Shown here: positions 40,054 to 49,377 of the stretch, piece by piece
Layout: each line of letters opens with the position of its first letter
Position numbering within the stretch: position 1 is the first letter of the stretch
Source of the DNA: Ascidiaceihabitans sp.
Lineage (GTDB): Bacteria; Pseudomonadota; Alphaproteobacteria; Rhodobacterales; Rhodobacteraceae
Assembly (NCBI GenBank): GCA_028825475.1
Contig: JAPKAB010000009.1
Location: 16,638 to 80,637, forward strand
Reading direction: 5' to 3'
Length of the DNA: 64,000 nucleotides
Translations under genes and position numbers: made by a program
The notes under the pieces: generated by a model
Databases searched by the model: none
What the model was told of the DNA's origin: nothing
The model's input: the letters and a program-made list of their open reading frames with translations, nothing else

Positions 40054-41094
40054 TTGCGTGATCTCAGTTCAAATTTGCTTGAATGGTACGATGTACACGC
40101 ACGCCCAATGCCTTGGCGTACGCCACCTGCCGAAAAAAAAGCTGGCGTAAAGCCTGATCCTTACCGGATTTGGTTATCAGAGGTGATGTTACAACAAACA
40201 ACAGTCGCAGCCGTCAAAGATTACTTTAACAGGTTCACAACCCGGTGGCCTACAGTTGCGAGCCTTGCTGCCGCTGACGATGGCGACGTGATGGGAGAGT
40301 GGGCTGGCTTGGGCTATTATGCCCGTGCACGAAATCTACTGAAATGCGCTCGCGTCATCACTGATGAACATTCGGGGGTCTTTCCTGACGATCACGCGAC
40401 TCTCCTAACGCTTCCAGGTATCGGACCATATACCGCAGCCGCGATTTCCTCGATCGCCTTCGATTTACGTCGTGTTGTTGTAGACGGCAACGTAGAACGA
40501 GTGATGTCGCGCCTATACGATATTCACGCACCTTTACCCGCCTCAAAATTGGAATTAACAGCCAAAGCCGAACACTTAACACCTAACCAACGCACAGGTG
40601 ACTACGCCCAAGCGGTTATGGATTTGGGCGCAACAATTTGCACCCCCAAGTCACCCGCGTGCGGCATTTGCCCCTGGCATGAGCCATGTAAAGCACGCAA
40701 AGCTGGAACCGCACCAGACTTACCCAAAAAGACCCCTAAAAGGCCAAAACCAATACGCCACGGAACTGTCTATTTAGGCCGCAGGACGGACGGTGCATGG
40801 TTGCTTGAACGCAGGCCTGACAAGGGTTTGTTAGGGGGTATGCTAGGCTGGCCTGGGTCTGATTGGATTGATGTCACAACACCGCGACCAATAGGTACAC
40901 CACCAACACCTGCCGACTGGAAGACCGAAGAAAGCGAAGTGCGTCATACATTTACCCACTTTCACCTGTTACTAACAGTCATGACCGCGACAGTAGAAGA
41001 TGATGAACAACTCTTATTCTTAGGGCACAACGATTTTCGCCCTTCCGACTTACCGACAGTGATGCGCAAGGCATTTGACCTTATTCAAAAATAA
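40054..41094 (+). CDS. mutY: A/G-specific adenine DNA glycosylase
   Basis: PYRIWLSEVMLQQT, the helix-hairpin-helix LPGIGPYTAAA, the 4Fe-4S Cys cluster C-x6-C-x2-C-x5-C (CTPKSPACGICPWHEPC) and a NUDIX-like C-terminus. Confidence 0.93.
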   Translation: MRDLSSNLLEWYDVHARPMPWRTPPAEKKAGVKPDPYRIWLSEVMLQQTTVAAVKDYFNRFTTRWPTVASLAAADDGDVMGEWAGLGYYARARNLLKCARVITDEHSGVFPDDHATLLTLPGIGPYTAAAISSIAFDLRRVVVDGNVERVMSRLYDIHAPLPASKLELTAKAEHLTPNQRTGDYAQAVMDLGATICTPKSPACGICPWHEPCKARKAGTAPDLPKKTPKRPKPIRHGTVYLGRRTDGAWLLERRPDKGLLGGMLGWPGSDWIDVTTPRPIGTPPTPADWKTEESEVRHTFTHFHLLLTVMTATVEDDEQLLFLGHNDFRPSDLPTVMRKAFDLIQK

Positions 41095-41143
41095 AGCAAC
41101 CGTAGCCGCGCCAAAATACGTCAAACCATCCAAAGGATTTACC

Positions 41144-42280
41144 ATGACTATTACCGCTGCAGATCTGGCGAAAGTTCAAAACGCCCTCCCTTTCTGGTTG
41201 TCATTGGTGCTAATCCCTTTTGCATGGATTGGTGCACTTTACGGCGGATGGACTGTTTTTCTGCTGCCGCTTTTAACGTGGTACCTTTTTTCAGCGATCG
41301 ACGTCGCCTTAGGTCTAGACGTGAAGAACGCAGATTTGGATGCAACGGAAGATGATTTATACTGGTATCGCTTCATCACAATGATTTGGGCTCCTGTGCA
41401 ATTCATCACTGTTTTTGCGCTAATCGCCTATGTCACTGGTGCAGCGCATCTCACCACATGGGAAAAGGTCGGTTTGTTTTTCGGCGTTGGCGTTATCACG
41501 GGAACCATTGGGATCAATTACAGCCACGAACTGATGCATCAAAAAAATAAACTTGAACGCCACATGGCGGATTTTTTATTAGGCATGGTCATGTATTCTC
41601 ATTTCCGCTCTGAGCACATGTTGGTTCATCACCGTTACGTCGCAACACCGCGTGACCCTGTTACTGCGCTGATGGGCGAACATTTTTATCGCTATTTTCC
41701 TCGTGTCTTGCGCAATTCCTTTATCTCGGCACTTGGTGCAGAAGCAGCAATGCTTGCACGCAAAGATTTGCCTGCGACCGACCGCGGGAACCCGTTCTGG
41801 AAATATGCAGCGCTCCAAGGTGGCTTCTTGTTTCTTGCCTTAGTTCTGGGTGGGTGGGCCGGTGTTGGACTGTTCCTCCTTCAAGCAGGTATTGCCATTT
41901 GGCAGCTAGAGTTGGTCAATTTCATTGAACACTACGGCCTGACCCGCAAACACTTGGGTGAAGGCAAGTATGAGCATGTACAACCACGCCATTCGTGGAA
42001 CGCAGCACACAAAGCATCCAACTGGTTGTTGATAAATTTGCAGCGCCATTCAGACCACCACTACAAACCTGACCGCCGTTTTCCAGTGTTGCAGACCTAC
42101 ACAGAAGCTGACGCGCCTCAATTGCCATATGGTTATCCCATAATGACGATGGCCGCGATGTGCCCACCAATGTTCCGCCAGATAATGAACCCACGCGTAC
42201 GCAAATGGCGTGAGATGTATTATCCTGAAATCACAGATTGGTCTGCTTATAACACGGCAAAAAACCCCATGCCGCGCTAA
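41144..42280 (+). CDS. alkB: alkane 1-monooxygenase (AlkB, membrane di-iron hydroxylase)
   Basis: All signature boxes are present: HELMHQ, EHMLVHHRY, NFIEHYGL, LQRHSDHHY. Start is ATG 41144 with AGGA upstream. Confidence 0.9.
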   Translation: MTITAADLAKVQNALPFWLSLVLIPFAWIGALYGGWTVFLLPLLTWYLFSAIDVALGLDVKNADLDATEDDLYWYRFITMIWAPVQFITVFALIAYVTGAAHLTTWEKVGLFFGVGVITGTIGINYSHELMHQKNKLERHMADFLLGMVMYSHFRSEHMLVHHRYVATPRDPVTALMGEHFYRYFPRVLRNSFISALGAEAAMLARKDLPATDRGNPFWKYAALQGGFLFLALVLGGWAGVGLFLLQAGIAIWQLELVNFIEHYGLTRKHLGEGKYEHVQPRHSWNAAHKASNWLLINLQRHSDHHYKPDRRFPVLQTYTEADAPQLPYGYPIMTMAAMCPPMFRQIMNPRVRKWREMYYPEITDWSAYNTAKNPMPR

Positions 42281-42300
42281 GCAATTTTACCGGTTCACAT

Positions 42301-42326
42301 AAAAAAACCCCGCCACAAGGGCGGGG
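42301..42326 (-). terminator. rho-independent terminator of ccrM
   Basis: 7-bp GC stem ccccgcc / ggcgggg, followed on the minus strand by T7. Confidence 0.75.
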
Positions 42327-42410
42327 TAAAGGTGAGTGCCATTATATGCGGCCTTGGGTAAAGGCCACCGGCACCAGCGGTGTTCGTAAAACTGTGGTGT
42401 GGGTGTCAGA

Positions 42411-43550
<1,140 letters not shown>

Positions 43551-43583
43551 TCATTATTGAGCTCGTTTGTTGTCTCCAATCTG

Positions 43584-43621
43584 AGTCAAAGGCGATTCGA
43601 GGTCAATTTCTTTATTGAATC
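43584..43621. promoter_or_regulatory. cluster of three GANTC (CcrM) sites upstream of ccrM
   Basis: GAGTC 43584-43588, GATTC 43594-43598 and GAATC 43617-43621 lie 55-92 nt upstream of the ccrM start codon. Confidence 0.5.
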
Positions 43622-44252
43622 AATTGGTTACTATTTTCTCTTGATACAACATATTGTGTACCGGTTTGAACGAACGTCTATGGTGTGGGGTTGCTCCCAA
43701 ACTCCGTAGCGCCTCCATGTGCTTTTTTGACCCATAACCCATGTTGGTTTCCCATCCATAACCGGGGTGCTGTTGCGCTAAATCCACTAGGACACAATCT
43801 CGACAAACTTTGGCCACAATTGAGGCCGCAGAAATCGAAACCGATCGACTGTCACCTTTGACCAAAGTCGTTGCAGGAAGCCGCAACCCACGCGGGATCA
43901 TGTTACCATCAATCAAAACATGTTCAGGCAGAACCTGCAGACCGGCAATTGCGCGCTCCATCGCTAAGTGCGAGGCACGCAAAATATTGATTTCATCAAT
44001 TTCAGCGACGGAAGCATGCGCAATCGACACATCCGCACAATCCAACAGCTGCCAGTACAATTCCAAACGCCTCTTAGCAGTCAGCTTTTTTGAATCGTTC
44101 AATCCGTCAGGAATACATTTGGGGTCCAATACAACAGCTGCTGCAGTCACTGGTCCAGCAAGTGGGCCACGCCCAACTTCATCCACCCCAGCAACCCGAC
44201 ACCCTAGTTCAGTCTCAAACATGAAATCTGGCAACAGCTCCCCCCTCTTCAT
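43620..44252 (-). CDS. rnhB: ribonuclease HII
   Basis: AGVDEVGRGPLAGPV, DSKKL and HPGYGW. Confidence 0.93.
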   Translation of the reverse strand: MKRGELLPDFMFETELGCRVAGVDEVGRGPLAGPVTAAAVVLDPKCIPDGLNDSKKLTAKRRLELYWQLLDCADVSIAHASVAEIDEINILRASHLAMERAIAGLQVLPEHVLIDGNMIPRGLRLPATTLVKGDSRSVSISAASIVAKVCRDCVLVDLAQQHPGYGWETNMGYGSKKHMEALRSLGATPHHRRSFKPVHNMLYQEKIVTN

Positions 44253-44344
44253 CTTACAAAATAAACTCTCGCCGAAGGCTCAAATTCCAAAAGAAATTTC
44301 AAACTTCATATTACAGCAAAGCTCCGTTCTTTTGCCAGAGACCA

Positions 44345-44377
44345 CGAAAAAGGGGAAGGTGCCCGAACACCCTCCCC
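44345..44377 (-). terminator. terminator after the Cys-repeat protein gene
   Basis: ggggaaggtg / caccctcccc stem with one mismatch, followed on the minus strand by TTTTTC. Confidence 0.6.
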
Positions 44378-44417
44378 ACATCAGCAACAACAATGTTGTG
44401 CTAGATTAACCCAACCT

Positions 44418-44903
44418 TTAGCGGCGGGCTAACTTGTAACCCTGCTTGCGCAAGCAACGGGCACCAAAACCAAAGCGTGACCCACGATCTGTTCTTACAC
44501 GACGCTCGCAATGTTGTGGCAAACGATGAGTGAAACCATAGTTGCGCTCAAGGCAACGTTGGCCAAAGATTCGTGCAGTTCCACGACGTGTCTCAAAGCT
44601 GCGCAAACATTTGCTTGGCAATAGGTGTTGTGAAACACTGCGCGGCAAGGGGCGCGCCTGAACATGCTTCTTCTTTTTCTGAAGCTGCTTTTTCTGCACA
44701 TTCTTCTTAGGCTGCGAATAAACCAGAGCTTTAGTTTTATTATTCTTGTTGGAATCATGAATTACGGCACCAACTATTGCGATGCCAAGTAGCGCAGCCA
44801 GTGCACGACCAACGTCCTCTTGATTAGCTCGTGCAGGCGCTGCTGCAAAACCAGTAAGTAAAATCGAAGTGGCAACAACAGTTGCTATAAATTTGCGGTG
44901 CAT
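44418..44903 (-). CDS. exported/membrane-anchored basic protein with tandem Cys-containing repeat (hypothetical)
   Basis: Start at ATG 44903 (MHRKF), which gives a signal peptide ending APARA. Then a hydrophobic segment, a Lys-rich linker and two copies of LPxxC-x8-G-x4-FGxRCL. AAGGG lies 8 nt upstream. The track start at 45038 runs through the operator-like repeats. Confidence 0.55.
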   Translation of the reverse strand: MHRKFIATVVATSILLTGFAAAPARANQEDVGRALAALLGIAIVGAVIHDSNKNNKTKALVYSQPKKNVQKKQLQKKKKHVQARPLPRSVSQHLLPSKCLRSFETRRGTARIFGQRCLERNYGFTHRLPQHCERRVRTDRGSRFGFGARCLRKQGYKLARR

Positions 44904-44991
44904 GTGAACGACCCTTTCTATGGATACAATATTGCCGCTGAAGGTATGCGGCGGTGATGCAACCAATTTGGAGTCGACCCATTCAGACAGG

Positions 44992-45052
44992 CAATAACAC
45001 CGCAATGTTATTGAATATCGGATACCAACACCCTGCATTGTTATTGAATATC
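44992..45052. promoter_or_regulatory. operator-like repeats in the divergent intergenic region (18-bp direct repeat plus inverted repeat)
   Basis: GCAATGTTATTGAATATC (45002-45019) and GCATTGTTATTGAATATC (45035-45052) match at 17 of 18 positions and start 33 bp apart. CAATAACA (44992-44999) is the reverse complement of TGTTATTG (45006-45013). Confidence 0.6.
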
Positions 45053-45079
45053 AAAGCCAACTTACTCATGATCTGAAAT

Positions 45080-45370
45080 ATGAAACATACATTCGTCTCA
45101 CTTTGCACAGCAGCAAGCTTGCTTTTTGCAGCTCCTGCCTTTGCCGAAAACTGCTATGCCGATTACAAGGCAAAGCAAAATAACCCTTTGCGCCTACATT
45201 ATGGCGTCATCGAGATCGATGGCCCTTGCGATGCAGAATCCGCAAAATCCGAAGCAGCGTCACTCCTCCAAGCAGAGGGCTGGACCTTACTCTCTTTACT
45301 CTCCACATTCGGGGCAAATGGCCTCGCAGAAAGGAAACAGAGTGCAGGACCCTATTACCTCCGCTTCTGA
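45080..45370 (+). CDS. small periplasmic protein, two Cys (hypothetical)
   Basis: Signal peptide with AFA-EN cleavage site. Mature product is about 74 aa (CYADYKAKQNNPLRLHYGVIEIDGPC). No SD, so it may be translated from a leaderless or short-leader mRNA. Confidence 0.55.
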   Translation: MKHTFVSLCTAASLLFAAPAFAENCYADYKAKQNNPLRLHYGVIEIDGPCDAESAKSEAASLLQAEGWTLLSLLSTFGANGLAERKQSAGPYYLRF

Positions 45371-46046
45371 AGCACGCAACACCGGTACTAGACTGGTTGG
45401 TTTCGGGCTTGCAGCGATTGTAATCATTTTGATACTTGCTGCGATTTTGCTTTTTTACAATTTGCCTGATGCCAATGCTTTCAACAAACGTGTCGAAGAC
45501 ATCTTTACATCCAATGACGGTCTGACCGGTCAATCAGAGATCAAGCTGTTAGAAATAATTGCCCAATCGGGCACAGCCTTTTCTGACGTTTTGTCCAGCT
45601 ACCGGAGCATAATCTTTGTGCTGCTTATCTTCGCAACAGCACTCTTGATCGCGTCACTCGTTTTCCTTGTCATGCTGGTTATCCTGAACCGTCGGATGGC
45701 ACAAATTGAACGAGCCGGTATCGAGGTAAACTCACTGCTAATCAGCCGCGAAGAAAATACCGTTTATCTCAACGACATGGGTTTCAAACTGACCGATGCT
45801 GCCATGGAAACAATGTCTCTATTGGCTGAGGCACGCATGGACGACGATGTTCTGTCAGGCTCAGAAATTGAAGGCATCATTTCAGGTCGCCCCGCATCTG
45901 ACTGCGAAGAAGCTGCAGGTGCCACAAGAATCAAGCGTTTGCGCGATACATTAGGCAATCAGATGGTCAGCGAACTGTTGGTCAAAAACATCGCCCGCCG
46001 TGGCTACATGCTTGCAGTGGGCAAGGACGTCATAAAAGTCCGCTAA
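45318..46046 (+). CDS. two-TM membrane protein with C-terminal OmpR/PhoB-type winged-helix DNA-binding domain
   Basis: TM1 LVGFGLAAIVIILILAAILLFY, a roughly 50-aa external loop, TM2 IIFVLLIFATALLIASLVFLVMLVIL, then a cytoplasmic trans_reg_C-like pattern (KLTDAAMETMSLLAEA...VLSGSEIEGII...RIKRLRDTLG...NIARRGYML). Start is ambiguous: ATG 45318, or GTG 45342 with AAGGA 6 nt upstream. Either one overlaps the upstream gene. Confidence 0.6.
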   Translation: MASQKGNRVQDPITSASEARNTGTRLVGFGLAAIVIILILAAILLFYNLPDANAFNKRVEDIFTSNDGLTGQSEIKLLEIIAQSGTAFSDVLSSYRSIIFVLLIFATALLIASLVFLVMLVILNRRMAQIERAGIEVNSLLISREENTVYLNDMGFKLTDAAMETMSLLAEARMDDDVLSGSEIEGIISGRPASDCEEAAGATRIKRLRDTLGNQMVSELLVKNIARRGYMLAVGKDVIKVR

Positions 46047-46113
46047 ATCGCTGGTCAAACCAAACTTCACAGGCTTAGGGTGTCTTAAATCAAGTCTGTG
46101 AAGGACAGCAACC

Positions 46114-46887
46114 ATGCCAGCACCTAAAAATACGTTCAAACACGCCCTCGCAAATGGTGAGACACTAATTGGGTGTTGGCTTAGCCTTGCCAATAGTTAT
46201 TCAACTGAAGCAATGGGATCGACGGGTTTTGACTGGCTATTAATTGATGCAGAACATGCGCCCAATGATCTTCGCTCGTTACGCGATCAACTGATATCGC
46301 TGGATGCCAGCCCAACATCACCCGTCATACGGGTTCCAATTGGCGAAACATGGATTATCAAACAGGTTCTAGACCTTGGGGCGCAAACACTTTTGGTTCC
46401 AATGGTGGAAAGTGCAGAACAAGCTCGCGAACTTGTCCGCGCATGCCGCTATCCTCCTGAAGGAGTTCGTGGAGTCGGCTATGTCACCACACGTGCAGCT
46501 GGTTTCGGAACCATCCCCGACTACGGCAAAACAGCAGATGCCGAAATCTGTCTTTTGATCCAGGTTGAAAACCGTGCAGGACTTGAAGCTTTGGATGAGA
46601 TCCTTGAAGTTGATGGTATCGATGGTGTGTTTATCGGACCCGCAGACCTGTCTGCAGATCTTGGCCACATGAGCGATATGATGCACCCTGACATGCAATC
46701 AGTTATCATGTCCTCTTTGGGAAAAATTGCAGCAAGCGGCAAAGCACCTGGAATTCTAAGTCTAGATGATGGGATGACCCAAAAGTCGCTGGCAGCTGGT
46801 GCGAAGTTTGTAGCAGTTGGCATCGACATCGTCACGCTAACCAATCACTCATGCGCCCTTTCAACCAAGTGGAAATCTAACCTTTGA
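46114..46887 (+). CDS. HpcH/HpaI-family 2-keto-3-deoxy-acid aldolase
   Basis: GCWLSL...FDWLLIDAEHAP and LVPMVESAEQA are typical of HpaI/GarL class II aldolases. Confidence 0.85.
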   Translation: MPAPKNTFKHALANGETLIGCWLSLANSYSTEAMGSTGFDWLLIDAEHAPNDLRSLRDQLISLDASPTSPVIRVPIGETWIIKQVLDLGAQTLLVPMVESAEQARELVRACRYPPEGVRGVGYVTTRAAGFGTIPDYGKTADAEICLLIQVENRAGLEALDEILEVDGIDGVFIGPADLSADLGHMSDMMHPDMQSVIMSSLGKIAASGKAPGILSLDDGMTQKSLAAGAKFVAVGIDIVTLTNHSCALSTKWKSNL

Positions 46888-46952
46888 AATTCGGCTCACT
46901 TAACTGCCTCTATTTCCCAAATAGCCCATGCGCATTTAGAAAGACCTAAACC

Positions 46953-48125
46953 ATGTATCTTGGATTGCTTCTATTGGCTCTGGCCTATGTCCTTAGCCAA
47001 TTCTTTCGCGCCTTCTTGGCTGTCATCAGTGTTCCGCTGGAAACCGAGCTTGGGATTGGTGCAGAGGCACTGGCCACTGCAAGTGGGCTTTGGTTCATCA
47101 GCTTTGCCGCAATGCAAATTCCTGTGGGCTGGTCCCTAGATACATTAGGCCCAAAACGAACAGCCTCAGTTTTGCTTCTTGTTGGTGGTACTGGTGGGTC
47201 CTTGCTATTCGCGGTCGCGACTTCTGCGTTTCATATTAATATCGCGATGATGCTGATCGGCGCAGGCTGTGCCCCTGTACTGATGGCAGCTTATTATATC
47301 TTCGCACGTGAATTTCCTCCAATCCAGTTCGCGACGCTTGCAGCATCAATGATTGGAGTCGGCACTTTCGGTAACCTGCTCGCCTCATACCCAATGGCAT
47401 TCGCTGAAACGATGATTGGCTGGAGAGCCACCATGGTGTGCCTTGCCGTCCTTTGCGCAATCATTGCGGTTGGCGTTCAACTCACCGTTAAAGATCCTGA
47501 AAAAGCCGTGAGCGAAACCAAAGGATCACTATTAGATGTATTGCGCATCCCAGCAATATGGCTGATCGCACCGATAGCAATCGTAGGTTATGTACCTGCA
47601 GCTGCAATTCGCGGTGCATGGATGGGACCATACCTTAATGAGGTTCATGGGCTGTCGAGCAGCGAAATCGGGACTGCGGCATTGATAATGGGCATCGCAA
47701 TGATCGGTGGGGTCTTTCTGTATGGTCCGCTTGATCGTTGGTTCGGGACACGTAAGTGGGTCGTATTTGGCGGCAATATCCTTACCTTGAGCTGCTTACT
47801 CGGGCTCTATGCCTTTGGTGCATCTTCATACCTCGTGACAATTATTATGCTGTGCGGCGTTGGCTTCTTTGGTGCAACTTTCCCAGTTGTTATTGCCCAC
47901 GGCAAAGGTTTCTTTCCTGCGCACCTGACGGGACGCGGCGTGACCTTGTTGAACATGTTCAGCATTGGTGGCGTGGGTCTTGCCCAAATGGTCGCACGAC
48001 CATTGCACGATTCATATCAGGGCACCGATGCAGCCGCACCATTTGCCGCCGTATTCCTATTGTTTGCGGTGATGTTGATCACAGGTCTATCGCTCTACCT
48101 GTTCTCACAAGACAACACTGACTAG
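46953..48125 (+). CDS. MFS transporter
   Basis: 390 aa with about 12 predicted TM helices and an MFS-like loop, DTLGPKRT. Confidence 0.8.
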   Translation: MYLGLLLLALAYVLSQFFRAFLAVISVPLETELGIGAEALATASGLWFISFAAMQIPVGWSLDTLGPKRTASVLLLVGGTGGSLLFAVATSAFHINIAMMLIGAGCAPVLMAAYYIFAREFPPIQFATLAASMIGVGTFGNLLASYPMAFAETMIGWRATMVCLAVLCAIIAVGVQLTVKDPEKAVSETKGSLLDVLRIPAIWLIAPIAIVGYVPAAAIRGAWMGPYLNEVHGLSSSEIGTAALIMGIAMIGGVFLYGPLDRWFGTRKWVVFGGNILTLSCLLGLYAFGASSYLVTIIMLCGVGFFGATFPVVIAHGKGFFPAHLTGRGVTLLNMFSIGGVGLAQMVARPLHDSYQGTDAAAPFAAVFLLFAVMLITGLSLYLFSQDNTD

Positions 48126-48230
48126 GATAAATCGACGCCTCGTTACTGCAATGAACGTCGCCCCCTTCCCCCCAAGCAGATTCGGGTGTAGAGGGCGCAG
48201 ACCATCATCACACATATTGGAGATCAAAAG

Positions 48231-49253
48231 ATGGGTTACCGCCTTGTCGTAGTGGGGGCCACAGGAAATGTGGGCCGCGAAATGCTAAACATTCTGGACG
48301 AACGTCAGTTCCCAGTTGATGAACTTGCCGTGCTTGCGTCACGCAATTCATTGGGAACGGAAGTTTCGTTTGGTGATAAGACACTTAAGACGAAGGACCT
48401 AGATACTTTTGATTTCACGGGCTGGGACATTGCATTGTTTGCAATCGGTTCCGACGCGACTAAAAAATACGCGCCGATTGCAGCTGCGGCTGGTTGTGTC
48501 GTTATCGATAACTCTTCGCTTTATCGCTACGATCCGGACGTTCCATTGGTCGTGCCAGAAGTGAACCCCGAAGCCGTTCTAGACTATTACAAGAAGAACA
48601 TCATCGCGAACCCCAACTGTTCGACCGCACAGATGGTTGTAGCGCTGAAGCCTCTACATGACCGCGCAAAAATCAAACGCGTTGTTGTATCCACTTACCA
48701 GTCCGTTTCCGGCTCGGGCAAAGGCGGCATTGATGAGCTGTGGGATCAAACAAAGTCGATCTACAACCCAGTAGATGACAAACCAGCGCGTCAGTTCACA
48801 AAACAAATCGCGTTCAACGTGATCCCTCACATCGACGTCTTCATGGAAGACGGGACCACTAAAGAAGAGTGGAAGATGGTTGTGGAAACCAAAAAGATCA
48901 TCGACAAAAGTATCAAAGTCACAGCGACCTGTGTGCGTGTGCCTGTGTTCGTTGGCCACTCCGAAGCGATCAACATCGAATTCGAAGAGTTCCTTGACGA
49001 AGACGAAGCACGCGACATCTTGCGCGAAGCACCAGGCGTCATGGTGATCGATAAACGTGAAGACGGTGGCTATGTCACACCAGTTGAATGCGTTGGCGAT
49101 TACGCAACATTCATCAGCCGCATCCGTCAGGACAGCACAATCGATAATGGCCTAAATCTATGGTGCGTTTCGGACAACTTGCGCAAAGGCGCTGCATTGA
49201 ACGCAGTTCAGATTGCAGAGACGTTGGGCACGCGTGTTTTGAAAAAAGGCTAA
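48231..49253 (+). CDS. asd: aspartate-semialdehyde dehydrogenase
   Basis: VVGATGNVG, active-site NPNCST and QSVSGSG. Confidence 0.95.
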   Translation: MGYRLVVVGATGNVGREMLNILDERQFPVDELAVLASRNSLGTEVSFGDKTLKTKDLDTFDFTGWDIALFAIGSDATKKYAPIAAAAGCVVIDNSSLYRYDPDVPLVVPEVNPEAVLDYYKKNIIANPNCSTAQMVVALKPLHDRAKIKRVVVSTYQSVSGSGKGGIDELWDQTKSIYNPVDDKPARQFTKQIAFNVIPHIDVFMEDGTTKEEWKMVVETKKIIDKSIKVTATCVRVPVFVGHSEAINIEFEEFLDEDEARDILREAPGVMVIDKREDGGYVTPVECVGDYATFISRIRQDSTIDNGLNLWCVSDNLRKGAALNAVQIAETLGTRVLKKG

Positions 49254-49277
49254 CTTCCGCCGAAAATAGACGATTTA

Positions 49278-49308
49278 AAGGGGTGCCTCGCGGTACCCCT
49301 TTTCTTTT
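49278..49308 (+). terminator. rho-independent terminator of asd
   Basis: aaggggtgcc-tcgc-ggtacccctt stem, followed by TTTTCTTTT. Confidence 0.85.
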
Positions 49309-49377
49309 GGTCACCTTTTCGCTTGGGTACGATAGCACAGATCGTGCTCCCATTGATGAACAAAGGTTTTTACCATT

